Below are positions 39,438-47,980 of a stretch of DNA of 64,000 nucleotides, one piece after another (position 1 is the stretch's first letter; each line of letters starts with the position of its first letter). The DNA comes from Spirochaetia bacterium (lineage in GTDB: Bacteria; Spirochaetota; Spirochaetia; DSM-16054; Sediminispirochaetaceae), in the NCBI GenBank assembly GCA_034520965.1, contig JAXHMY010000008.1:192001-256000 (forward strand), written 5' to 3'. The notes beneath the pieces are model-generated. The model ran no database searches. It saw only the letters and a program-made list of their open reading frames with translations, and was not told the DNA's origin. Both the position numbers and the translations under genes were made by a program.

Positions 39438-39992
39438 TTATTGCTCCTTTTCTCCGAATACTATGGCAGTGAACAGATACAACTCGACCTGCGGGTTGGT
39501 CCAGCAGTCGCCTGGAAGACCTGCTTTTAGGCAGAGGTTGCTTAAATATTGTCGGCGGTTCCAGCCCTGTTCTAGTGGTACTTGCGGCAGTAATACTCCC
39601 GAACGGGCTCCGGTTTTAATATAGACCCCGTGTACTCCCACTTCAACCTGTTCGGCCGATTCAGCCCGTTCAAGAGGGGTGAGCACGGAGATCTCTATAT
39701 CCACCGCATCTAATTCAGATAGGTTCAGGGGTGGAAAACGGGGGTCTTCAAATGCACTTGCCCGGGCCAACTCTTTCACCGCTTCGAACAGCGGCTTAGT
39801 GGCGATTATATGACCGATACAGCCCCGCAGCTTATCTCCACTATGCAGGGTGACGAAGGCACCGCAGTCCTGCTGCAGGTTTTCATTTGCTTCGGGGTAT
39901 TGCGGAGGCTCCCCGGTAAGTGCTCCGCGGATGCTCTCGCGGGCTGTCTTTAGCAAAATTGATTTTTCCTGAGAAGAAAGGGTAAATTTCAT
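39438..39992 (-). CDS. amrA: AMMECR1-domain protein (AmmeMemoRadiSam protein A)
   Basis: GAFVTL, LRGCIG, AFEDPRFPPL, EISVLT, LLPQV, LCLKAGL. Confidence 0.92.
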   Translation of the reverse strand: MKFTLSSQEKSILLKTARESIRGALTGEPPQYPEANENLQQDCGAFVTLHSGDKLRGCIGHIIATKPLFEAVKELARASAFEDPRFPPLNLSELDAVDIEISVLTPLERAESAEQVEVGVHGVYIKTGARSGVLLPQVPLEQGWNRRQYLSNLCLKAGLPGDCWTNPQVELYLFTAIVFGEKEQ

Positions 39993-40885
39993 AATTCCTC
40001 CCTGTCAGTGTGTGTCTTTATAGGGGTATAACCGGCAAAACTTCCGTACCATACCTCTCTCTGCTCCGGCTGTATGATTCCTGAGCGTCCCACCTCTAAA
40101 TTGAGGTAAGTAAGGCTCCCGTGGAACAGCTCCTGTACCAGCTGAAGCCCACCCCGGCCGCAGGCTGTAATTTGGCGTGACGCCAAAAAGTCAGGCGAGT
40201 TCTTCCCAAGTTCAGAGAGAAAACTCTGGGCTTGTTTCTGGGCATTCACTGAATCGGTAAAATTGCTGAGATTAGAACTGATGACAAAAAGGGTATGTGG
40301 GTCGTTAGTCAGCCGCAACTGTCCTAAAGCATGTGCAGTGTGCTGTATGAGCTCCCGTGAGTTTTGACCCAGCAGCAGCGGCAGAATAGTAGCCTTGGCT
40401 GCGGTCTGAGCAAGCATGGGCAGGAGTATCTCCTGGGAGTGCTCCTCTGCAAAGGGAATATTATTTATCTGAAAAGGGCTTCCGCCGTCGGAAAAACTGC
40501 CGTTGGAACTGTCATTAAGGCGGCGAATCAGCTGGGTATCCACTGGGAAATCGGCGAGGGGGCATCGGAATGCATCGAAACCCGGAAGCCACACCCGCTG
40601 CTCAAAATCCCGGTGCACTGTAGATACAAGTACTATCCGCTCAATAGCCCCGGCCTGAGATACAAGACGAAAGGCCCGGGCAAGGTAGCTTCCTATATGT
40701 TGATATGAGGCATGGGGTACAAGCAAAACCCGCAGTTGCTGGTCCGGTGGGGGACTTATCTGGTTGTCCTCTTCTGCAGATACCCTTTCCAGCAGATCCT
40801 GCACTAGACGTGCAAGTTCATCCGCATCTTCCGGATAAAATATACCGCTTACAATTGGAGCACGAAGCTTTGATCCAGTTTCCAT
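39989..40885 (-). CDS. amrB: Memo-family protein (AmmeMemoRadiSam protein B)
   Basis: RAPIVSGIFYPED, VPHASY, EEHSQE, SSNLSNF, TACG. Start moved to METG. Confidence 0.85.
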   Translation of the reverse strand: METGSKLRAPIVSGIFYPEDADELARLVQDLLERVSAEEDNQISPPPDQQLRVLLVPHASYQHIGSYLARAFRLVSQAGAIERIVLVSTVHRDFEQRVWLPGFDAFRCPLADFPVDTQLIRRLNDSSNGSFSDGGSPFQINNIPFAEEHSQEILLPMLAQTAAKATILPLLLGQNSRELIQHTAHALGQLRLTNDPHTLFVISSNLSNFTDSVNAQKQAQSFLSELGKNSPDFLASRQITACGRGGLQLVQELFHGSLTYLNLEVGRSGIIQPEQREVWYGSFAGYTPIKTHTDREEL

Positions 40886-40891
40886 AGCTGT

Positions 40892-40920
40892 ATTATCTCG
40901 CACTTGGTCCACTCTTGCAA
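40892..40920 (-). promoter_or_regulatory. Candidate sigma70 promoter for amrB, leaderless spacing
   Basis: Minus strand: TTGCAA, 17 nt spacer, GATAAT, then 6 nt to ATG 40885; no SD. Confidence 0.5.
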
Positions 40921-40943
40921 TCCATGATGAGCTATTGCTCGTA

Positions 40944-42380
40944 TTAGCTGCCGAGTAGTCGCTGAATACGTTCCTCATCGAGTTCTATTGAGATGTTTTT
41001 TTCTTGTGTTGGAATGACCAGTCCTTGGGGCCCCTCTTTTGCCCGTCGCAGGTATTTAACCTGGGTGTAATAAAGTTCAGCCTTACCTCCGGTTCTTCCC
41101 TTAGAGTAATGCAAAGCTAAATTGCCGGCATCCAGCAGGGTCTCCAGGGGAACCGATTTACCGGAGATGTATTTTATAAAGACATATCCCCCGGGATAGT
41201 CACGGGTGTGCAGCCAGTAATCATTGCCCCGCACATAATGGCGGAGAAGTGCGTCGTTTTCCTTAGCGGTTCGCCCTACAAGAATTGTGAACTGTCCGGA
41301 CTGAAAGCGCAAGCCCGGTGCGGCAGTGCCGGTTTTTTCCCCTTTTTTAGGACTGTACTGGGAAATAAATTCCTTTAGTGCCTGTAGCTGCTCTTCAGGG
41401 CCTTCGATTGCATCTATTTGTTTAGCCTGCTGCTGCAGTTGCCGTTTACTCTGTTTGAGGTTGGCTAGTTCCTCTGTAAGATGCTCTCTCTGGCGTTTTG
41501 CTTTTCTGTATTTGTTGTAATAGGCTTCACCGTTCTGCTGTGGGCTGAGGGTGGGATCCAACTCAATCTCGGTGGGGGCGTTTTCATGATAAAAATCATC
41601 CAAGCGCACCCATTTACTTCCCGGCTGAATTAAATGCAGATTGGCCATTATAAGATCTCCGGTCTGCTTCAAGCCCTCCAGCTCCTCATTGTCATAGGAT
41701 TTTCGCTGCAGCTCGGCGAGTTTAGAATCGATATTAGCTATCTGTTTTTCATGCAGCGTCTCCGCCCGCTCTCTAAGGCTGCCTAACTCTTGTTCTATCT
41801 CGCGATTGAAATACTCCTGCTCAATGAACTGATTGAAGCTCATTGAGGTCGGGTTTTCACGGGGGATAAACTTCTTGGGGGGAGTATCACCTGTGGTTTT
41901 GGCTTTGGCGGTTGCGATCAGCTCTTGGGGGTTAAAGTACTCTCCCGAGATTTCGTGGCGCTTGGGGCGACGGTAAAATGCGTCAAGGATGATATTGCTG
42001 CTGTCGGTGGCGATAATATTTGCAGCCCCTCCCCACAGCCGAATATACAGCAGCGTCGTTTCTCCTCCGCGGCTAATCTCCAATCGTACTATCCGCTCGC
42101 CGCCTATCTGTTCTGCAATGCGAATCTTCCCTCCCTTGATGCGCGAGCGCAGGAACTGGGCAAAACGCTGCAGGGGAACTTGATTTTTGAACGAACGGGT
42201 GAGGCGATGGAGACGGGTTTTCCCCTGGGCCAGAGATATGAACAGACTTTGTCGATTCCCGGGCGCGTAGAGGTCGAGCACGAGGGTCTTAAAATCGGGT
42301 TGACGGATTTTCTGGATAGAGCTGTTTTCTAAGTGAAGCTCCTCCAGAATCAGGTCGATCTCTCTCCAGTTTAATGACAC
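40944..42380 (-). CDS. NFACT family protein (RqcH/FbpA-like ribosome quality control factor)
   Basis: FAQFLRSRIKGG, GERIVRL, NGEAYYNKYRKAKR, VGRTAKENDALL, WLHTRDYPGGYV. Confidence 0.88.
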   Translation of the reverse strand: MSLNWREIDLILEELHLENSSIQKIRQPDFKTLVLDLYAPGNRQSLFISLAQGKTRLHRLTRSFKNQVPLQRFAQFLRSRIKGGKIRIAEQIGGERIVRLEISRGGETTLLYIRLWGGAANIIATDSSNIILDAFYRRPKRHEISGEYFNPQELIATAKAKTTGDTPPKKFIPRENPTSMSFNQFIEQEYFNREIEQELGSLRERAETLHEKQIANIDSKLAELQRKSYDNEELEGLKQTGDLIMANLHLIQPGSKWVRLDDFYHENAPTEIELDPTLSPQQNGEAYYNKYRKAKRQREHLTEELANLKQSKRQLQQQAKQIDAIEGPEEQLQALKEFISQYSPKKGEKTGTAAPGLRFQSGQFTILVGRTAKENDALLRHYVRGNDYWLHTRDYPGGYVFIKYISGKSVPLETLLDAGNLALHYSKGRTGGKAELYYTQVKYLRRAKEGPQGLVIPTQEKNISIELDEERIQRLLGS

Positions 42381-42383
42381 AGG

Positions 42384-42935
42384 CTACTCCAGGTTGTGGG
42401 TTTGCAATGTCTCAAGAAATACCTGCTCGTCATCGCTGCTGAAAAAGACCAAATACACCTCCCTGGGGAGGCTGTGACGGCTGAGAAACTTCTTTAGAGT
42501 CTGAAATACAATAGTGGCGGCCTTTGATTTCGGAAAGCCGTATACTCCGGTACTGATAGCCGGAAAGGCGACTGTTTTTAATCCCGTTTCAGCTGCAACT
42601 GAAAGGGAATTGGTATACGCTGCTTCAAGCTCTTGTTCTTCATCCTGGCTACCCCCGTGCCATACCGGGCCGACAGTGTGGATTACATGGGAGGAGGGAA
42701 GTTTTCCCGCATTAGTAATCACTGCTTTGCCGGTTGGAAGCCCTTCCGGATACTGATGTTGACGGATTTCCTTGCACTCCCGTAGAATTGCATCCCCTCC
42801 ACGACGGTGGATGGCTCCATCAACACCACCGCCACCCATCAAACTGGAGTTGGCTGCATTTACAATAGCATCAACTTCAATTGAGGTAATATCTCCGGTT
42901 TGAACAATCACACGATCCTGCAGCAGCTTTTTCAT
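42384..42935 (-). CDS. Macrodomain protein (O-acetyl-ADP-ribose deacetylase, YmdB-like)
   Basis: GDIT, IVNAANSSLMGGGGVDGAIH, IHTVGP, FPAISTGVYGFP. Confidence 0.93.
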   Translation of the reverse strand: MKKLLQDRVIVQTGDITSIEVDAIVNAANSSLMGGGGVDGAIHRRGGDAILRECKEIRQHQYPEGLPTGKAVITNAGKLPSSHVIHTVGPVWHGGSQDEEQELEAAYTNSLSVAAETGLKTVAFPAISTGVYGFPKSKAATIVFQTLKKFLSRHSLPREVYLVFFSSDDEQVFLETLQTHNLE

Positions 42936-42945
42936 AAGATTCCTC

Positions 42946-42977
42946 CTATTAAGAAAATAGCCGAATACGGCTATTTT
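42946..42977. repeat. Family 2 repeat, truncated copy (first hairpin only)
   Basis: CTATTAAGAAAATAGCCGAATACGGCTATTTT; overlaps the hisC stop codon. Confidence 0.8.
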
Positions 42978-44047
42978 GAATAAAGCGCATCTAAGCCGGC
43001 TACTAAGCTATCCATCTGTTCATCGGTTCCTATGGTAATACGAACAAACTTTTTAATACCGGAATGATTAAAGTGGCGGACTAAAATTCCTCTCTGTTTT
43101 AAATCGGAATACAGAGTATGTCCGTCAATTCCTGGAGCAGATGCAAAAATGAAGTTCGCCGATGAGGGCAACACATACCACCCCCGTGTACGAAGCCGGG
43201 CGGCCGTTTTCTCGCGGGTTTCGATTACCCTCTTCTGCATTTTCTCATAGTAGCTTTTATCCTCCAATGCGCGAAGGGCGAGCTGCTGGCTCAAGCGGTT
43301 TAAGGGATAGGAATTAAACGAGTCTTTTACGGTGAAAAGCGTGGCTATGAGATCCGGATTTCCCAGGGCGAAACCGAGTCGTAAACCGGCCAATGAACGG
43401 CCTTTGGAAAAAGTGTGTACCACCAGCAAATTGGGAAACTCACGAACCAGAGCGCTGCAGGAATCGGCACCGAAATCAACATACGCCTCGTCGATTACAT
43501 ACACACGGTCCCTGCGTACCGAGCGCAGAAAGGCGGCGATTTGATCCCGAGAAAGCGCAATTCCCGTAGGAGCATTTGGATTGGGGAAAATGACACCCGA
43601 AAAAGCATCCTGTTCACTGAAACCCGAAAGCTGGACTGAAAAATCTTCGCCCATTGGAATTTTCCGGTATTCCAGGCCGTAATAGGTGCAGTACACCGGG
43701 TAGAAACTGTACGTGTAGGCCGGAAAGAGAACCGGCCCGTTGTGAGGGTCAAAAAAGGCGTAAAAAGCAAACGAGAGAACCTCATCCGATCCATTTCCGA
43801 CGAAGACCTCTTCTGCAGTCAGTTGATAGTGCTCGGCTAAAGACTCGCGGAGCTGAGTAGAGCTGGGATCGGGGTAGAGTCTGAGTTCTTCGGCGCTGTA
43901 TTCCCTAAGCTGAGACTGGACAGCGGGGGCAGGAGGATACGGGTTCTCATTTGTGTTCAATTTGATATAAGTTTTATCCTGCGGCTGTTCCCCCGGGGTA
44001 TACGGGGTCAGTCCGTGGGCTCGTGCTGAAACAAGTGCTGGGTTCAT
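42971..44047 (-). CDS. hisC: Histidinol-phosphate aminotransferase
   Basis: KLNTNENPY, GNGSDE, NPNAPTG, DEAYVDF, TFSKGRSLAGLRLG. Confidence 0.93.
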   Translation of the reverse strand: MNPALVSARAHGLTPYTPGEQPQDKTYIKLNTNENPYPPAPAVQSQLREYSAEELRLYPDPSSTQLRESLAEHYQLTAEEVFVGNGSDEVLSFAFYAFFDPHNGPVLFPAYTYSFYPVYCTYYGLEYRKIPMGEDFSVQLSGFSEQDAFSGVIFPNPNAPTGIALSRDQIAAFLRSVRRDRVYVIDEAYVDFGADSCSALVREFPNLLVVHTFSKGRSLAGLRLGFALGNPDLIATLFTVKDSFNSYPLNRLSQQLALRALEDKSYYEKMQKRVIETREKTAARLRTRGWYVLPSSANFIFASAPGIDGHTLYSDLKQRGILVRHFNHSGIKKFVRITIGTDEQMDSLVAGLDALYSK

Positions 44048-45426
44048 ATAACCTCCTGGATGCCCGAATTGTGATCTGCCTGCAGAAGTGGCCGGATTTC
44101 GGCTACCATGTAGAATGATCCGGTCACTAGAACCGGTCGTGTGCCCCCGGAGAGCTCTAGGGCCCTTTGAAGGGCAGTGCTCGGGTTGGTAATCAGCTCT
44201 GCTGATGGAGAAAGCGTGCGAAATACCTTTGCCACCTCCTCCGGGGAGTTCGGTTTAAAGGTTCCGGGTTGTGAAATAATAATATCACTAAAGGCTTCAG
44301 TGATAGCTTCGGCCATCCCGATGGTATTTTTGCCCTCTACCGAGCCGAAAATACATATGCCCTGTGAGCCGTATACCTGCTGAAAAGCGGCGATTGTACG
44401 TTGTATCGATGAAGGGGTATGTGCCCCGTCAAGAATTACCGCAGGGGTGGATCGGCACTTTTCCATCCGTCCCGGCAAGCCGGCGGAAGCTACAGCCTCC
44501 AGCACGCCGGAATGGCTGGGCGAGGAGAACTGTTCCGGCAGCATCTCCCGTATAACACTGAGAGCCAGTGCAGCATTTTCAGCCTGAACCTCTCCCTGCA
44601 TTGCTAAACTTAGTGTGATGCCTTTGTTTTTAGGGCTGCGGGAATCATCCTCCCATTGAAGCTGCAAGCGGGTGCCCAGGGAGTCTACCGTGGCTGAGAA
44701 CTCCTGGGGATATTCGGGAAAGTAAAACAATGGGCTCCGGCTCTGCTCCGCCTTTTCCCTGAGTACCCTCAGCGCTTTTTCCCTCTGGGGGGAGACAAAC
44801 ACCGGTACCCCCGGTTTGATAATTCCAGCCTTTTCGGAAGCGATCTGTTCCAGGGTCGAGCCTAAAATGTCGGTATGTTCCAGCTCTATCGGTGTAATGA
44901 CCGATGCCTGTGGTGTGATTACATTAGTGGCATCCAGGCGCCCTCCGATTCCCGTCTCTATCACCGCATAGCTGCAGCCGGCTTCTATAAACAGGAGAAA
45001 CGCGAATAGGGTGAACAATTCAAAAGCCGTCGGTTCGGCCGCACCGGCCAGTACCGTACGGTTAAACTCCGGAAGGGCCTGTTTGATCCGACTGCCGACG
45101 GTGAGGTACATTTCGGTTGGAAAGAAACTGCCGGCCCTGGTGATGCGCTCGCGGTAGTTACTTATGTGGGGTGAACTGTATAAGCCGGTGGGGTAGCCAA
45201 GAGCCTCTAATCCGCGGGCCAGGTATATGGCGGTAGATCCCTTTCCCTTTGAGCCGGCAATATGAATAGTATGCAGCCGGGTATGGGGGCTGCCGAAAAA
45301 CTCGAGGAGCTGGTGCATACGATCCAGCCTATATTCTCGGATAGTCTGCTTCTGCTTCTGTTCAAAATTTACAAATGATCCAAAATAGGCAAACAGCTCT
45401 TCCGCCGGGTTACTGGACTCGCTCAC
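44044..45426 (-). CDS. folC: Folylpolyglutamate synthase/dihydrofolate synthase
   Basis: IHIAGSKGKGST, YSSPH, ETGIGGRLDATN, LPGRME, LDGAHT, VTGSFY. Confidence 0.93.
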   Translation of the reverse strand: MSESSNPAEELFAYFGSFVNFEQKQKQTIREYRLDRMHQLLEFFGSPHTRLHTIHIAGSKGKGSTAIYLARGLEALGYPTGLYSSPHISNYRERITRAGSFFPTEMYLTVGSRIKQALPEFNRTVLAGAAEPTAFELFTLFAFLLFIEAGCSYAVIETGIGGRLDATNVITPQASVITPIELEHTDILGSTLEQIASEKAGIIKPGVPVFVSPQREKALRVLREKAEQSRSPLFYFPEYPQEFSATVDSLGTRLQLQWEDDSRSPKNKGITLSLAMQGEVQAENAALALSVIREMLPEQFSSPSHSGVLEAVASAGLPGRMEKCRSTPAVILDGAHTPSSIQRTIAAFQQVYGSQGICIFGSVEGKNTIGMAEAITEAFSDIIISQPGTFKPNSPEEVAKVFRTLSPSAELITNPSTALQRALELSGGTRPVLVTGSFYMVAEIRPLLQADHNSGIQEVI

Positions 45427-46728
45427 TCTTCCCTCCGCATCTTAAGGGCATTTCCGTGGGTAATAAAGCCTTCATAGTCGGCAATGCGTACTACGTGCTC
45501 TTTTAACTGTCGATACCCGCTTTTCTCCGCATATACCACCGAGGAGAATTTCATAAAATCGCGGACCGATACAGGAGAGTAGCTCTTGGCCCAGCCGCCG
45601 GTAGGTAATACCGCGTTGGCGCCGGTACTGTAGTTGGCTGCCGAAAAGGGGAGGTGCTTTCCTAATAGGATTTCACCGGCATTGGTGATTTTATTCATAA
45701 TGTGAAAGGGTTCACTGGTGTTAATCAGCAGGTGCTCCGGGGCAAAGTGGTTCACAATTTCCACCGCCTCATCGATAGACTCGGTGAGGATAATTCCCCC
45801 GTACCGGTTAAACACATCCTGCACAAATCCGGCGCGCGGGGCGGAGAGTGACCCGCCTATTTCGGCCACATTGGAGCGGACCTGTTCTGCGAGGGCTGGT
45901 GAATCCGTTAGCAGTAGAGCACAGGAGTCGGAGCCGTGTTCCGCCTCGACCATTAAATCCAGTGCAATGTTCCAGGCATCTGCCTGTTCGTCGGCAATAA
46001 TCATAGATTCGGAGGGGCCCGCCGGTAGGCCCGCATCGATTTTGGAGGCCAGCAGGCGTTTGGCGGCCGTGACGTAGCTGCTGCCGGGGCCGACTACTTT
46101 AAGCACCCTCTGGATGCTTTCGGTGCCGTAGGCCAGGGCTGCAATTGCATGAGCACCTCCCACCCGAAAAACTTTTTCTATTCCGATAAGCTTGGCCGCG
46201 TACAGACACGCCGCATCGACACCTCCGTCCGGGTTCGGTGGGGTGACAATTTGAATTGAAGGTACCCCTGCGATTTTTGCGGGCACCGCCAGCATATACA
46301 GCATCGAAGGAAAACTGCCGCGGCCCCGCGGAACGTACAGTCCGGCCGAATCAATCGGAAGGGCACGTTCCCCGGCTATAAGCCCGGGGTGCAGCTCCTT
46401 CATGTGCATGCTCTCCGGTTTCTGAGACAAGTGGTAGTTCCAAGTGGTGTTAACTGCAAACTCGATGGATTCCCTAAGTTTTTCATCAAGGGCTCGAGCC
46501 GCGGCTTCGAACTCTTCAGGCTGTACCTGCAGAGGGACGGTCCTAAGGTCGGCTTTATCGAAGCGTTGAGTATACTCTAGGAGGGCTTGGTCGCCCTTCA
46601 GGCGCACCTGCTCGAGGATTCTGTGCAATCGAATCCTCCACCTCGGAAATGTCCATTTCCGAGCGCTGGAACATCTTGCTCTTCTGTTCGTCGCTGTATT
46701 CTTTCCATTTTTGTATGTATATCTGCAT
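45423..46728 (-). pseudogene. hisD: Histidinol dehydrogenase-like protein split by one extra base near the 5' end; probably intact in vivo
   Basis: GLYVP, AGPSE, APEHL motifs. Removing one base at about 46619 joins MQIYIQKW...EDSIAQ to ILEQVRLKGDQAL. Confidence 0.8.
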
Positions 46729-46765
46729 TTCTCTTTCCATTTAGTAGCTATGTAGTAGTAAAAAT

Positions 46766-46794
46766 ACTGTAGTATACCAACCCAAGACAGTCAA
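46766..46794 (-). promoter_or_regulatory. Candidate sigma70 promoter for the hisD-folC-hisC operon
   Basis: Minus strand: TTGACT, 17 nt spacer, TACAGT. Confidence 0.5.
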
Positions 46795-46805
46795 TGTAAG
46801 TACAG

Positions 46806-46847
46806 CTCATTTTGGATAGTGTAAATTACACTATCCAAAATGAGAAT
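46806..46847. repeat. Palindromic repeat, family 1 (different core)
   Basis: CTCATTTTGGATAGTGTAA-a-TTACACTATCCAAAATGAG followed by AAT; perfect 19-bp arms. Confidence 0.85.
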
Positions 46848-46895
46848 GCCTCCAAACGTTGAGATATATAAAAATTTGCAAAGAAATTGATGCGA

Positions 46896-46935
46896 ATTCT
46901 AAATTTGGAAGTCAAAAGACTTCCAAATTTAGAAT
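46896..46935. repeat. Palindromic repeat, family 1 (40 bp)
   Basis: ATTCTAAATTTGGAAGTC-aaaa-GACTTCCAAATTTAGAAT, perfect 18-bp arms. Confidence 0.9.
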
Positions 46936-47048
46936 CGCTGATGTAAGTAGTACTAGTTTTATTACCACGCTTCGAACCATCTGCAACTGCAGCCGGTTTT
47001 GAAGTTGAAACCCTTGAAAAAAGGGCTGATTTTGCCGAGTATTTTGGA

Positions 47049-47831
47049 ATGAATATCCAAGGCATCCCGATGGGTTTGTTTAAAACCCCTTGTCCCTATA
47101 TTGATGGACTCACATTTGAGAGTGAAACCATTGTTGTACGCGAGATCGACACTGAAGGCTTGAATTTTCTGCTTTCAATCGGTTTTCGGCATTTTGGAGA
47201 ACATTTTTTTCGGCCCCTGTGCAGTGAATGCAGCCAATGCATTCCAATACGCATTCCGGTAAAAGAGTTCACCTTCAACCGCAGCTTCAGACGCGTGCTG
47301 CGGAAGAACCGTCATCTGAGGTTTGTACTGAGTGACCTTGAGCCTACTGCAGAAAAGTACGAGCTGTACTGTGCCCACTCCGGACGTTTCGAGCAGAACG
47401 GAGAGCCCAGCTATGAGGACTTTAAACACTCCTTTTTCGAGAATGCTCCCTTCGGAAAGGAGCTGCAGATATATGAGGGTGAAAAAATGCTGGCAGTGAG
47501 TCATATGGATATGAACCCCACTGTGCTCTCTGCAATTTATTGCTATTGGGACCCAAACTACGCCCATTTGAGCCTCGGTACTTATGCGGTGTTGCGGCAG
47601 ATAGCGTTAGCGAAGCAGCGGAGAAGTGAATATCTTTATCTTGGGTACTATATACATGAAAATGCCCACATGAACTACAAAGCGAAGTTTAAAAACATTG
47701 AAGCCCTGTTGACTGAATACAACTGGGTTCCTCTTTTAAATGAAGAGCAGCGGCATGTACGCGGGGAAGTGATTGAACACGGCTTTATTGCGCAGACTCG
47801 TCTCGGAACCGACACCGAATCAGGCCAATAA
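47049..47831 (+). CDS. ATE1-like aminoacyl-tRNA--protein transferase (Bpt/arginyltransferase family)
   Basis: PCPYI, GFRHFG, FRPLCSECSQCIPIRI, SAIYCYWDP, SLGTYAVLRQI, YLYLGYYI, MNYK. Confidence 0.88.
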   Translation: MNIQGIPMGLFKTPCPYIDGLTFESETIVVREIDTEGLNFLLSIGFRHFGEHFFRPLCSECSQCIPIRIPVKEFTFNRSFRRVLRKNRHLRFVLSDLEPTAEKYELYCAHSGRFEQNGEPSYEDFKHSFFENAPFGKELQIYEGEKMLAVSHMDMNPTVLSAIYCYWDPNYAHLSLGTYAVLRQIALAKQRRSEYLYLGYYIHENAHMNYKAKFKNIEALLTEYNWVPLLNEEQRHVRGEVIEHGFIAQTRLGTDTESGQ

Positions 47832-47846
47832 CAATCGACCGCAGGA

Positions 47847-47886
47847 ATTCTCATTTTGGAAGACTTTTGACTTCCAAAATGAGAAT
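47847..47886. repeat. Palindromic repeat, family 1 (40 bp)
   Basis: ATTCTCATTTTGGAAG-acttttga-CTTCCAAAATGAGAAT. Confidence 0.9.
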
Positions 47887-47980
47887 CACTGTTTCAAGTT
47901 TCACTTGTGTTCTATGGGTCCATCCGCTATAGTAGGATTTAAAAGAATAGAAAATGTTCGGATAGACGAAAGGAGGAGCT

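Noticed and set aside
40886..40978. Long N-terminal extensions predicted for amrB (also secA 26719, manA 56377, DAHP synthase 61442)
   Set aside because: They overlap upstream genes or promoter-like sequence and precede the family-typical N-termini; downstream starts fit better.
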